Source: an uncultured Bacilli bacterium (GTDB taxonomy: Bacteria > Bacillota_I > Bacilli_A > RF39 > UBA660). Taken from it: a stretch of 55,310 nucleotides of DNA. Of this stretch, positions 17,066 to 27,183 are shown one piece after another (position 1 is the first letter of the stretch; every line of letters starts with the position of its first letter). The notes beneath the pieces are model-generated. The model was not told where the DNA came from and did not search any database. It saw only the letters and a list, made by a program, of their open reading frames with translations. The translations under genes and the position numbers were made by a program. The stretch covers positions 1 through 55,310 of the forward strand of contig CANQFJ010000006.1 in NCBI GenBank assembly GCA_947598485.1, in the 5' to 3' direction.

Positions 17066-17142
17066 GGACCTCTAGCTCAGTTGGTTAGAGCACTCGGCTC
17101 ATAACCGAATGGTCATAGGTTCGAGTCCTATGAGGTCCACCA
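17066..17142 (+). tRNA. tRNA with CAT anticodon, probably tRNA-Ile2 (lysidine)
   Basis: Cloverleaf, GGACC/GGTCC acceptor stem, loop CTCATAA, CCA end; resembles Bacillus tRNA-Ile2 rather than Met. Confidence 0.9.
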
Positions 17143-17149
17143 TAAAATT

Positions 17150-17234
17150 GCAGGTATGGCGGAATTGGCAGACGCGTTAGACTTAGGATCTAATGGATTA
17201 ATCCGTGGGGGTTCAAGTCCCTTTACCTGCACCA
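17150..17234 (+). tRNA. tRNA-Leu(TAG)
   Basis: Cloverleaf with long variable arm, loop CTTAGGA, CCA end. Confidence 0.95.
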
Positions 17235-17245
17235 TCGAAAATACA

Positions 17246-17272
17246 AAGTTCCTTATTGTAAGGAATTTTTTT
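17246..17272 (+). terminator. Terminator after the tRNA pair
   Basis: ttcctta-ttg-taaggaa followed by a T tract. Confidence 0.65.
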
Positions 17273-17390
17273 GTTGATAAAATGTGGTATTGTTTTAGAA
17301 ATTAAACTTTTTACAATATTTAATATTTTATTGCTGAGTATAACAATTTTGTATGATAAAATATTTATGGATAATTAATAAGAGGTAAAC

Positions 17391-19541
17391 ATGAATGAAG
17401 ATATAATAAAAAGTATTGCTACTGAGCTTAATATTAAAAATAATCAAGTTTCAGCAGTTTTAAACTTATTAAAGGATGGTAATACTATTCCTTTTATAGC
17501 AAGATATCGTAAAGAGGCAACAGGAGCATTAGATGAAACTCAAATATTTAGAATAAATGAAGTATATGAATATGAAGTTAATCTACTTAAAAGAAAAGAA
17601 GATGTTATAAGATTAATTGATGAAAAAGGTCTTCTTACCGATGAAATAAAAAATAATATTATGGCTTGTAAAAAGCTTGTCGAAGTTGAAGATATCTATA
17701 GACCTTATAAGGAAAAGAAAAAAACTAAGGCTACTGAGGCTATAGCCGCGGGTTTAGAACCCCTTGCCAAAATGATTATGGCTTTTCCCGTTACAGGTTC
17801 ACTTGAGGGTATGGCCTCTAAATTTGTTGGCGAAAAAGTCAAAGATACATCTTATGCTCTTGAGGGTGCTGGTTATATAATTGCAGAGTGCATAAGTGAT
17901 AATGCTTATTATCGTAAACTTATCCGTAGCTATCTTTATAAAAATGGTAGTATCACCAGTAAAAAGAAAAAAGATGCTGTAGATGAAAAGAAAACTTATG
18001 AAATGTATTATGACTATTGTGAGAAAGTTAAAGAAATAAAACCTCACAGAGTTTTAGCAATAAATAGAGCTGAAAATGAAAAAGTAGTAAATGTATCAAT
18101 ATCTATTAATGATAGTGAAATGCTTGATATTTTAAAAGATAAAATTATTAAGAATAAAGAAAGTTTTGTCTGTGATTTTGTAATTAAGGCAATCGAAGAT
18201 AGTTACAAAAGACTTATCTATCCAAGTGTTGAAAGAGAGATTAGGGCTCAATTAACGGAAAAAGCTGAAGAGGTTGCTATTGATAATTTTGGTAAGAATC
18301 TTGAAAATTTACTTTTAACACCACCGATGAAAGATAAGACAGTTTTAGGTTTTGATCCGGCTTTTAGAACAGGATGCAAACTTGCCGTTATAAATCCTGT
18401 TGGTAAAGTATTACATATTGACGTTATTTATCCTCATGAACCAGTGAATAAATACGAAGAAGCTATTTCTAAAGTAATTGATATTATTAATAAATACAAA
18501 GTTGATATTGTAGCTATTGGTAATGGTACTGCCTCAAGAGAAAGTGAAAAGTTTATTGCCGATGTAATCAAAAGACTTGATCATAAAGTTTCATATGTTA
18601 TAGTAAGCGAAGCTGGTGCCAGCGTATATAGCGCCTCAAAACTTGCTATAGAGGAATTCCCTGATTTACATGTTGAACAAAGAAGTGCTGTATCAATTGG
18701 CAGAAGATTGCAAGATCCTCTTTCTGAACTGGTTAAGATTACTCCCGAAAGTATCGGTGTCGGTTTATATCAACATGATGTAAGTGGCAAAGAGCTTTCT
18801 AAAACGCTTGACTTTGTTGTTAGTAAATCGGTTAATAGTGTTGGCGTAAATGTTAATACAGCATCTTTTTCTCTACTTAAATATATATCGGGAATAACTA
18901 AGAAAAATATCGATAAAATTATTGCTTATCGGGAAGAAAAGGGACGTATTAATTCGCGAGAAGAAATAAAAAAAGCTAAGCTTTTAAGTGATAAAGCCTT
19001 TGAACAAGCTATAGGATTTATGAGAGTTTTGGAAGGTTCAAATCCTTTAGATAAAACGGATATCCATCCAGAAAGTTACTCAATCGCGGAAAATTTGTTA
19101 AAAAGTATAGGCATGAGCACTAAGGATATAGGCTCAAAAGAATTACTTGAAAAACTGGAAACTTTAGATGCTAATAGTTTAGCTAAAAGTTTAGATAGTG
19201 ATATTTATACCATTCAAGATATAATTAAATCTTTACAAAAGCCTAATAGAGATCCAAGAGATGATATGCCAAAACCCGTTTTAAAAAGTGATGTGTTAGA
19301 CATTAAAGATTTAAAGCCTAATATGAAATTGCAAGGAACAGTAAGAAATGTTGTTGATTTTGGAGCTTTTATAGACATTGGCCTTCATAATGATGGCCTA
19401 GTACATATTTCTAAGATGACAGATAAGTATATTAAGCATCCAAGTGATGTAGTAAGTGTTGGCGATATTGTTGATGTTTATGTAATTGATATCAACCTTG
19501 AAAAAGAAAAGGTTTCCTTATCATTAATAAATCCTGTATAA
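17391..19541 (+). CDS. tex: Tex-family transcription accessory protein with S1 domain
   Basis: GNTIPFIARYRKEATG, DPAFRTGCK, GNGTASRE, VSEAGASVYSAS, C-terminal S1 GTVRNVVDFGAFIDIG. Confidence 0.96.
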   Translation: MNEDIIKSIATELNIKNNQVSAVLNLLKDGNTIPFIARYRKEATGALDETQIFRINEVYEYEVNLLKRKEDVIRLIDEKGLLTDEIKNNIMACKKLVEVEDIYRPYKEKKKTKATEAIAAGLEPLAKMIMAFPVTGSLEGMASKFVGEKVKDTSYALEGAGYIIAECISDNAYYRKLIRSYLYKNGSITSKKKKDAVDEKKTYEMYYDYCEKVKEIKPHRVLAINRAENEKVVNVSISINDSEMLDILKDKIIKNKESFVCDFVIKAIEDSYKRLIYPSVEREIRAQLTEKAEEVAIDNFGKNLENLLLTPPMKDKTVLGFDPAFRTGCKLAVINPVGKVLHIDVIYPHEPVNKYEEAISKVIDIINKYKVDIVAIGNGTASRESEKFIADVIKRLDHKVSYVIVSEAGASVYSASKLAIEEFPDLHVEQRSAVSIGRRLQDPLSELVKITPESIGVGLYQHDVSGKELSKTLDFVVSKSVNSVGVNVNTASFSLLKYISGITKKNIDKIIAYREEKGRINSREEIKKAKLLSDKAFEQAIGFMRVLEGSNPLDKTDIHPESYSIAENLLKSIGMSTKDIGSKELLEKLETLDANSLAKSLDSDIYTIQDIIKSLQKPNRDPRDDMPKPVLKSDVLDIKDLKPNMKLQGTVRNVVDFGAFIDIGLHNDGLVHISKMTDKYIKHPSDVVSVGDIVDVYVIDINLEKEKVSLSLINPV

Positions 19542-19604
19542 TATAAATAATAGACATATTGCTTTTAAATGAAAGTAAATAGCATCTATTTATAAGGAGG
19601 ACAT

Positions 19605-21110
19605 ATGAAAAATAAATATTTGTCTTTAACCTTATTATTTCTAATTTTAATTATTATCGTTGTGGGTATTGGCTCTAAAAAAATAATATCTAAACAAGAA
19701 ATAACCATATTAGATAAAACTGATATAAAGGCCAAAAGTGATTCAATATCTATAATGTATGAAAATAGTTCAGGAACTTATGAAAAGAGTAAAGATGGTT
19801 CTTGGCCTGATGACTTTTTCTTAAATCCTGAGAAAAGTAGCTGTGAAAGTAAAACTGCAATTGGCTATGATATAAATGATGATGAAATAATATTTAAAGG
19901 CGACCATCCCGAAAAATGTAAATTATATTTTGATAATGATATAACTTTAGCTAACTATATTAAAAGTATCTATGTTTATGATGGCTATAATGATATTTAT
20001 TTTCATGACAAAAAAGGGGAATATGTTAATGCCGATTTAGAGGCTGGTGATAATTCCTATCGTTATTCAGGCGGAGGATATTTGTTAACCGATAAAGCTT
20101 TAACCGAAGGATACAAAACAGGGTATGATGTTATTAAGGGTTATTATAATGCTCAAAATGGTTATCAAATAAATGATTATGCAGGAAGTTCTCGATATAG
20201 ACTTGAATATGATACTAGCCAAACATTTGGTACTTTAAAAGAGGCTATTAAAAAGGCTGTAGAAGATGATTATTTAGTTAAAAATGATGTAAATAATTAC
20301 ATTTGCCTTCAAGCTTTAGAAAATGGTTCTTGTCCTGAAGATAGTTTATATCGCATAATTGGTGTAATACCCACGGATGTCCAAGATAAAGATAATCAAA
20401 ATAAAAAAGAAGATCTAGTAAAACTTGTTAAGGCTGATATTGCTAATAAAGAGTTATTAGGTAGCGATAATAATTATAAAGGAGAAGTTTCACCACCCAA
20501 AAATTATTTAGGAAACAAAGCAAAATTATCAAATTATATTTTAACTTCTGAAGAAACTCTTGATATGACTAAAAGTGACTTCTTTACTAAGAATTTAAAT
20601 GAAACCTATAAAAATTATTTGCAAACTCTTGATGGTAATTTACTTTCTAAAATAGAAACCTTAAATTGGAAAATTGGTAAAAATAAAAGTGATTCCTATT
20701 ATAAAGGTAATGCTAGTATATTTTATGAATGTGAGCAATCCGAAGATAAAAAATATTTGACTATGCAAATTGGAATACCTTATGGGAGCGATTATATGTA
20801 TGCGGCCAATCCAATGTATTGGCATTTTACATCTGGAGGGGCTCCATGGTCTGGTGACGTTTTAGTTCCTAAAGATTATCGGGAAGCGATATGGCAAAAT
20901 TGGTTTTTTATTGGAGGAAGTCATATATTAGTTTTAGATGCTAGAGAAGATGATCAAAAAGTGCTTACAAGAATAACGGATTACGGACTTGTCGTTTCTG
21001 TTACTGCTAAAAACTTTACTGTTAATGTTCAGCCTTCATTTTACCTAAAGGCTAATGTTAAATATCAATCAGGAGATGGAACAATAGAAAATCCATTTAT
21101 AATTGCCTAA
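19605..21110 (+). CDS. Secreted or membrane-anchored hypothetical surface protein
   Basis: aaggagg RBS, N-terminal hydrophobic helix, Tyr/Asn-rich, C-terminal SGDGTIENPFII. Confidence 0.75.
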   Translation: MKNKYLSLTLLFLILIIIVVGIGSKKIISKQEITILDKTDIKAKSDSISIMYENSSGTYEKSKDGSWPDDFFLNPEKSSCESKTAIGYDINDDEIIFKGDHPEKCKLYFDNDITLANYIKSIYVYDGYNDIYFHDKKGEYVNADLEAGDNSYRYSGGGYLLTDKALTEGYKTGYDVIKGYYNAQNGYQINDYAGSSRYRLEYDTSQTFGTLKEAIKKAVEDDYLVKNDVNNYICLQALENGSCPEDSLYRIIGVIPTDVQDKDNQNKKEDLVKLVKADIANKELLGSDNNYKGEVSPPKNYLGNKAKLSNYILTSEETLDMTKSDFFTKNLNETYKNYLQTLDGNLLSKIETLNWKIGKNKSDSYYKGNASIFYECEQSEDKKYLTMQIGIPYGSDYMYAANPMYWHFTSGGAPWSGDVLVPKDYREAIWQNWFFIGGSHILVLDAREDDQKVLTRITDYGLVVSVTAKNFTVNVQPSFYLKANVKYQSGDGTIENPFIIA

Positions 21111-21157
21111 ATTTGTTTAAAAAGAGCATACAAAAATTAAAAAGAAAGGTGGTAAAT

Positions 21158-22240
21158 ATGATAGATTATATTTTAATAGGGCTTATAAGTATAGTTATAA
21201 TTCTTCTTATCATACTTATATTTAGAAAGAATCATAATAACGATATAGTTGATCGTATGAGCAAACTTGAAATAGATTTAACCAAAGAAATAGGTGACTT
21301 TAAATTCTCTTTTTCTCGGGATTTAAATGGTGATTTTGAAAAACTATCTGAAAGTATTGAAAGAAAGCTTACTTATATTAATGATACTGTTAATGAAAGA
21401 TTAGATAAAAACTTTGAAAAGAGTAATAAAACATTTATGAATGTCTTAGAAAGACTTACTAAAATTGATGCCGCTCAAAAGAAGATTGATGAATTATCAA
21501 CTGATATTGTAACATTACAAAATGTCTTAACGGATAAAAAAACTCGGGGTACCTTTGGCGAAGTAAACCTAGAATATATTTTGAATAATGCTTTTGGCTC
21601 AAACAAAAGTGGTCTTTATGAAACGCAACATAAATTTACAAATGGTTATGTCGTAGATGCTCTTTTATACGCTCCAGCACCTTTAGGAACCATTTCTATC
21701 GATAGTAAATTTCCTTTGGAAAATTATCAAAGAATGACTGATCGGAGTAAGACTAAAGAAGAAAGATTAATGGCCGAGAAATTATTTATTCAAGATGTAA
21801 AAAAACATATTAATGATATTAAAGAAAAATATATAATCCCTGGTGAAACTGCGGCCGAAGCTATTATGTTTTTACCCGCGGAAGCTATATTCGCTGAAAT
21901 TAATGCCTATCATCCTGAACTAATTACTTATGCCTATAATAATAATGTTTGGATAACAGGTCCTACAACTTTAATATCAACTCTATCTACAATATCTATG
22001 ATTATCAAGAATATTGAAAGAGATAAATATGCTAAGATAATTCATGAAGAATTAAATAAATTATCAATTGAATTTACAAGATATAAAGATCGTTGGGATA
22101 AACTTGCTAAAAATATTAAAGCGGTTAACTCTTCTGTAGAAGAAATAAACACGACGACCGATAAGATTTCTAAAAGATTTGAGGCCATTAATAAAGTTGA
22201 TTTAAAAGAAATTAGTCATGAAGATCAAAATGATCAGTAA
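21158..22240 (+). CDS. rmuC: DNA recombination protein RmuC
   Basis: N-terminal TM and coiled coil, KTRGTFGEV, IDSKFP, MFLPAEAIF, GPTTL; start moved to ATG 21158. Confidence 0.93.
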   Translation: MIDYILIGLISIVIILLIILIFRKNHNNDIVDRMSKLEIDLTKEIGDFKFSFSRDLNGDFEKLSESIERKLTYINDTVNERLDKNFEKSNKTFMNVLERLTKIDAAQKKIDELSTDIVTLQNVLTDKKTRGTFGEVNLEYILNNAFGSNKSGLYETQHKFTNGYVVDALLYAPAPLGTISIDSKFPLENYQRMTDRSKTKEERLMAEKLFIQDVKKHINDIKEKYIIPGETAAEAIMFLPAEAIFAEINAYHPELITYAYNNNVWITGPTTLISTLSTISMIIKNIERDKYAKIIHEELNKLSIEFTRYKDRWDKLAKNIKAVNSSVEEINTTTDKISKRFEAINKVDLKEISHEDQNDQ

Positions 22241-22299
22241 AATTTTTGAGCTTTTTGGTATTATATGTTATTATTGTATTAATGTAGTAGGAGTAAATA

Positions 22300-22917
22300 A
22301 TGGAAGTTTATTTTATATGTAATAATTTATTTGAAAATAATTTAAGTTATATTAATCGTCAAGATATTGAGATTAAGAAAATGACTAGGCCTCTTTCTAT
22401 TGAAGGTGAGAGTATTGCCAAAAATATTGCAGTTTTAGATGAACTTTCTAATGTTGATTCTATTTATTCTTCGATGTATGCTTCTTCTTTATCAAGTGCT
22501 AAATATCTAGCTAATCGTTTAGATAAGGTAACAATTGTCTATGAAGATTTAAACGATTGTAAGGTTGGTAATCTAGGCAGTAAGAGTCTTAAAATGGTTA
22601 AGTTTATGCAAAATCATGATTTTAGTATTAAGCTTAATGGGGGAGAATCTTTAGAAGAAGTTGGCGATCGAATGGAGAATATAATTGATAAGATTCTTAG
22701 TGTTCAGGATAATAAAGTAGCTATATATACTCACAAAAGAGCAATGCTTGGCTTTCTTATTAAATATGCAAGTACAGGTTATAATTTAGATGATGATTTA
22801 ATAGTAGAGTACAATGATAAAGTAGTTTATAATGAAACCGATAAAGATGCCGATATTGTAAAAGTTACGTATGATCGGCAAGGTAATATTTTAGACATGG
22901 ATGTCATTGACATATAA
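22300..22917 (+). CDS. Degenerate histidine phosphatase-family protein
   Basis: PLS..G...A, IYSS, GGESLEEV..R, IYTH; RHG motif absent. Confidence 0.75.
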   Translation: MEVYFICNNLFENNLSYINRQDIEIKKMTRPLSIEGESIAKNIAVLDELSNVDSIYSSMYASSLSSAKYLANRLDKVTIVYEDLNDCKVGNLGSKSLKMVKFMQNHDFSIKLNGGESLEEVGDRMENIIDKILSVQDNKVAIYTHKRAMLGFLIKYASTGYNLDDDLIVEYNDKVVYNETDKDADIVKVTYDRQGNILDMDVIDI

Positions 22918-22927
22918 AGGAGATTTA

Positions 22928-23488
22928 ATGGAAACTAAAGTAATAATTGAAGTAAGTAATAGACATATTCATTTAAGTGAAGAAACGTATAATAAGCTTT
23001 TTGAAACTCCTATGAATAAAATAAAAGACTTAAGTCAAAAAGGAATGTTTGTATCTGATAAAACCGTAACAATATATACCGATAGTTTTGAGTTTAAAAA
23101 TGTAAAACTATTGGGACCTTTAAGAAGCTATGATCAAGTAGAAATATCTCATAATGATGCCTTAAAACTTCATATTGATGCTCCCGTTAGAGCAAGTGGT
23201 GATTTAAAAGATGCCAGTATAATTCATGTTAAAACGGATAAAGCTGACTTAGAGTTAAAAGCCGCGATTATTGCTCAAAGGCATATTCATATGAGCCCTG
23301 ATGATGCCCTAAAATATGGCGTAGTAAATGGCCAAAAAGTAAAAGTTGTAGTAGGTGGTGATAAATCAGGAGAAATGGATGCCTATGTTAAAATAAGTGA
23401 TGACGGCGTATATTATATGCATATTGATACAGATGATGCTAATGCTTTTATTATTAATAATTTAGATGAAGGGACTTTAATAATTTAA
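22928..23488 (+). CDS. pduL: Phosphate propanoyltransferase PduL
   Basis: VSNRHIHLS, GPLR...QVEIS, VRASGDL, AQRHIHM, MHIDTDDANA; start moved to ATG 22928. Confidence 0.93.
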   Translation: METKVIIEVSNRHIHLSEETYNKLFETPMNKIKDLSQKGMFVSDKTVTIYTDSFEFKNVKLLGPLRSYDQVEISHNDALKLHIDAPVRASGDLKDASIIHVKTDKADLELKAAIIAQRHIHMSPDDALKYGVVNGQKVKVVVGGDKSGEMDAYVKISDDGVYYMHIDTDDANAFIINNLDEGTLII

Positions 23489-23515
23489 AGACAATTGATA
23501 TTATTTTTAAAGCGT

Positions 23516-23547
23516 AAGACTACAATGTGATATTTGTAGTCTTTTTA
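23516..23547 (+). terminator. Terminator after pduL
   Basis: aagactacaa ... ttgtagtctt followed by Ts. Confidence 0.7.
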
Positions 23548-23642
23548 TGACAAATAAAGACATTTTTAACTCTTGAAATAAAATAAATAATGATGATAAT
23601 AAAATCCAGTTTTTAAAAAGAGTTAGTGAAAGGACTATCTAA

Positions 23643-24629
23643 ATGGAAAAATATATCACAGTAAAAAAATGTCAAAAGAAGTATCTAACAGATCGAGCTG
23701 TAAGCCAATTATTTAAAAATAAAGAATATTTATTAGCGGTAATAAAAAAGACCTTGGGTGATGAGTTAAAAGATTATAATTTTCAAAATATGGATATTAG
23801 AATTAATACAAGGGAGAGCTATAAAGATAGTAGAATAGATGTTGGCGTAGAAAATTCAGAAGCTAAAATAGATATCGAAATTAATTATAATGAAAGTCAT
23901 GAAACTGAGTATAAAAATTTAACCTATATATGTCAGCTTATACTAGAACAAACCAAACATAATGCCGATTATAAATATAAAAATATCAGAAAAGTGTATC
24001 AAATAAACATCAATAACTACGATGTATTTAAAGAAAATAGATTTATATATAAGTCACGAATAATGGAGGAAGATTTACATAAAATAAGAAATAATTTAAT
24101 AAATATATATGATATCAATATTGATTTTCTATACGAAAAAGGTTACAATAAAGTCATCAAAGAATATGGAAGAAACTCTTTAGAATATATATTATACGTA
24201 TTTGCCTGTGAGAATAAAGAAGAGGTAAATAAAGCATATAAGGGGGAAGGACTTATGTCAAAGATAAGAGAAGCAATAAATAGTTGGGAAGATGATAATT
24301 TCTGGATATCAAGAGATGAGATAATTAAATTATCCTTTAGAGAAGAAGCGGAAAAGCTAGCTACAGAAAGAGGATTAAAGAAGGGCCTTAAGCAAGGCAT
24401 TAAGCAAGGTCTTAAGCAGGGGCTTAAACAAGGACTTGAACAAGGACTTGAACAAGGTCTTGAACAAGGACTTGAACAAGGAGTTAATCAAGGTCTTAAA
24501 CAAGGCAAGACCGAAGTGGCTTTAAACTTATACAAAGAAGGGACTGGGATTGATTTAATATTAAAAGCTACTGGACTTACAAAAGAAGAGTTTGAAAAGG
24601 CCTTAAAAGAAAAGGGCAATAAGGAATAA
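23643..24629 (+). CDS. Rpn/YhgA-like PD-(D/E)XK nuclease-family protein
   Basis: RIDV...IDIEIN, VYQININNYD, C-terminal G(L/I)(K/E)Q repeats and EVALNL...I..ATGLT helix-turn-helix tail. Confidence 0.82.
   Translation: MEKYITVKKCQKKYLTDRAVSQLFKNKEYLLAVIKKTLGDELKDYNFQNMDIRINTRESYKDSRIDVGVENSEAKIDIEINYNESHETEYKNLTYICQLILEQTKHNADYKYKNIRKVYQININNYDVFKENRFIYKSRIMEEDLHKIRNNLINIYDINIDFLYEKGYNKVIKEYGRNSLEYILYVFACENKEEVNKAYKGEGLMSKIREAINSWEDDNFWISRDEIIKLSFREEAEKLATERGLKKGLKQGIKQGLKQGLKQGLEQGLEQGLEQGLEQGVNQGLKQGKTEVALNLYKEGTGIDLILKATGLTKEEFEKALKEKGNKE
24372..24503 (+). repeat. Eleven 12-bp tandem coding repeats (GLKQ/GLEQ)
   Basis: Units such as ggacttgaacaa and ggtcttaagcag read directly. Confidence 0.92.
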
Positions 24630-24699
24630 TATCAAAGGAACTTAAATTATATAAAAAGTTCTTTTTTTATAGTATAATCTTAATGCGAAAGGAATTATT

Positions 24700-25674
24700 A
24701 TGAGCTTTTATATTGGTAATGTAAAAATTGATGGTAAGATTGTAGTGGCTCCGATGGCAGGCATATCAGACAAAGCTTTTCGAATGATTTGTAAAGAAAT
24801 GGGAGCATCTTTAGTCGTAGGAGAAATGGTATCTGATAAAGCTATCATGTTTGGCAATGATAAAACAATTAAGCTTTTGGCTATGGATGAAAAAGAAAGA
24901 CCTATATCTCAACAAATATTTGGAGCCGATGTTGTAAGCTTTACCGAAGCTGCTAAAAAAGTTTATGAAATTATGAAACCAGATATTATCAATATCAATA
25001 TGGGATGCCCTGTTCCTAAAGTAGCTATTAAAAATCAGGCGGGCAGTGCTCTTTTAAAAAATCCTGATAAAATATATGAAATAGTAAAAGCTGTATCTGA
25101 AAGTGTTCCAATTCCCGTTACAGTTAAAATAAGAAGTGGCTGGGATGAAAATAACATCAATTGCGTTGAAGTGGCTAAGATATGTGAAAAAGCCGGAGCT
25201 AAAGCAATAACTCTTCATGCGAGGACTAGATCTCAGGGCTACAGTGGCCATGCAAATTGGCAGCTTATTAAACTTGTAAAAGAAGCTGTAAATATTCCGG
25301 TTATAGGTAATGGCGATGTTATAACTTGCTATGATGCCAAAAGAATGCTTGATGAAACAGGATGCGATGCTGTTATGATAGGAAGAGGTCTTTTAGGTAA
25401 TCCTTGGCTTATAAGAGACTGTGTTAATTATTTAGAAAAAGGTAAAAAGCCTGAAAAGATATCTAATGCTGAAAGAATTGCCATGATGAAAAGACACTTA
25501 AAAGATTTAGTAAGAGAAAAAGGTGAAAAATCTGCCGTTTTGGAAATAAGAACTCATTTTTTATATTACTTAAAAGGTATGCCTCAAAATGCTGAAATAA
25601 AAAATCAAATATGTAAAGCTAAAAGTGAAAATGAAATTAACGATATTTTAGACGAATATATAAAAAGAATCTGA
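24700..25674 (+). CDS. dusB: tRNA dihydrouridine synthase DusB
   Basis: APMAG, NMGCPVPKV, TVKIRSGWD, HARTR, GNGDV, VMIGRG. Confidence 0.95.
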   Translation: MSFYIGNVKIDGKIVVAPMAGISDKAFRMICKEMGASLVVGEMVSDKAIMFGNDKTIKLLAMDEKERPISQQIFGADVVSFTEAAKKVYEIMKPDIININMGCPVPKVAIKNQAGSALLKNPDKIYEIVKAVSESVPIPVTVKIRSGWDENNINCVEVAKICEKAGAKAITLHARTRSQGYSGHANWQLIKLVKEAVNIPVIGNGDVITCYDAKRMLDETGCDAVMIGRGLLGNPWLIRDCVNYLEKGKKPEKISNAERIAMMKRHLKDLVREKGEKSAVLEIRTHFLYYLKGMPQNAEIKNQICKAKSENEINDILDEYIKRI

Positions 25675-25676
25675 TT

Positions 25677-27056
25677 TTACTCAGATTTTTCTTTACATAA
25701 ATTAATAGCGACTTTATTAATAGGGCCAGCACCTATGGTGATTATTAGATCATTTTCTTGGGCATGATCTTTAATATAGTCTTCAATTTTCTCAAAAGTA
25801 TCAAGATATATAGCATTGTTATTACCTTTTTCTTTTATTAGACGAACCAAATCTTCTTCTTTAACATTCCAAATATTTTCTTCACGTGCAGGATAAATCT
25901 TGGCTATAACAATGTTTTCAAATTTACTTAATACGTCTGCAAATTCCTCTAAATGGTCATAAGTTCTTGAATAAGTATGTGATTGAAAAATGGCCCAAGT
26001 ATGGTTATGTTTGGTTTTTTGTACAGAGTCATAAGTTGTTATTATTTCGCTTGGATGATGTGCATAATCATCATAAACTAAAGCTCCTTTATATTTTCCT
26101 AGTAATTCAAATCTTCTACCAACACCAGTATAATCTTTTAAAGCTTTAATAATACTATCTAAATCATCAATATATTGGTGAGAAAGGGCAATGGCCGCTA
26201 AAGAATTATAGATGTTATGAATACCACTAATACTTAGATATACGCGAGATATTTTTTGGTTATTAATATATAAATCATAACTCCCATGCCCATATTCATC
26301 ATAAGCAATATCTTTAGCCATGTAATTTGCATCATTATTGATTCCAAAAGTAATAGCATTTTTATGACTAGAACAGGCTTCCATCGTATTTTTATCATCT
26401 TTATTGATTACTAAAAATCCATCATCAGGAAGTAAAGTCGTGTATTTAGCAAATGACTTTTTGATGTTATCCAAATTTTTAAAATAATCTAAATGATCAT
26501 TATCAATATTTAAAATTATTTCTGCAGTAGGGAAAAAAGATAGGAAGCTGTCAACATATTCACAAGCTTCAGCGATAAAATATTTATGTCCTCCAACTCT
26601 TTCATTTCCTCCGATTAATGGAAGGGTAGCTCCAAGTTGGATGGTAGGATCCATATTACATTTAACAAAGATAGTACTTACCATTCCCGTTGTAGTACTT
26701 TTACCATGCGTGCCACTTATACATATAACGTTTTCATATTCTTTCATCATTAAGCCAAGAAAAACGGCTCTTTCATAAGTTTCTTTATTAAGCTTTCTGG
26801 CATAGGCTAATTCTTCGTTATCTTCATGGATTGCTGCCGTATAAACAACAATATCAGCATTTTCAATATTTTTTAAATTTGGCTCAAAAGATACCTTAAT
26901 ACCTAAGCTTTCAAGTTTTTCCGTAAAAATAGATGATTGCATATCATAACCAGTAATAGTAGCCCCACATGATTTTAAAATTTGAGCTATGCCACTCATA
27001 GATACGCCACCAATACCGATAAAATGAATAGTTTTGTTATTAAACATATTAAACAC
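25677..27056 (-). CDS. murC: UDP-N-acetylmuramate--L-alanine ligase MurC
   Basis: HFIGIGGVSMSG, GTHGKSTTT, EACEY, DHLDYF, GVGRRFE, DDYAHHPSEI, FQSHTYSRT. Confidence 0.95.
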   Translation of the reverse strand: MFNMFNNKTIHFIGIGGVSMSGIAQILKSCGATITGYDMQSSIFTEKLESLGIKVSFEPNLKNIENADIVVYTAAIHEDNEELAYARKLNKETYERAVFLGLMMKEYENVICISGTHGKSTTTGMVSTIFVKCNMDPTIQLGATLPLIGGNERVGGHKYFIAEACEYVDSFLSFFPTAEIILNIDNDHLDYFKNLDNIKKSFAKYTTLLPDDGFLVINKDDKNTMEACSSHKNAITFGINNDANYMAKDIAYDEYGHGSYDLYINNQKISRVYLSISGIHNIYNSLAAIALSHQYIDDLDSIIKALKDYTGVGRRFELLGKYKGALVYDDYAHHPSEIITTYDSVQKTKHNHTWAIFQSHTYSRTYDHLEEFADVLSKFENIVIAKIYPAREENIWNVKEEDLVRLIKEKGNNNAIYLDTFEKIEDYIKDHAQENDLIITIGAGPINKVAINLCKEKSE

Positions 27057-27183
27057 CTCGTTTATATAAGTATATTATAGCACAGATGAAAAAAAGCTTT
27101 TCAGTAAAAAATATGTCAAAAAATTTTATAATAAAGATAAGACTTTTAAATTGAAGTATAATTAAGTTAATTCAAGGTGTATT

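Noticed and set aside
17066-17142. tRNA-Met assignment
   Set aside because: CAT anticodon, but no initiator features and the body resembles Bacillus tRNA-Ile2
24372-24503. Possible CRISPR or mini-array
   Set aside because: Contiguous in-frame 12-bp coding repeats without spacers; no cas genes in the window
23643-24629. Insertion sequence
   Set aside because: The family is often labelled transposase, but no terminal inverted repeats or target duplication were seen
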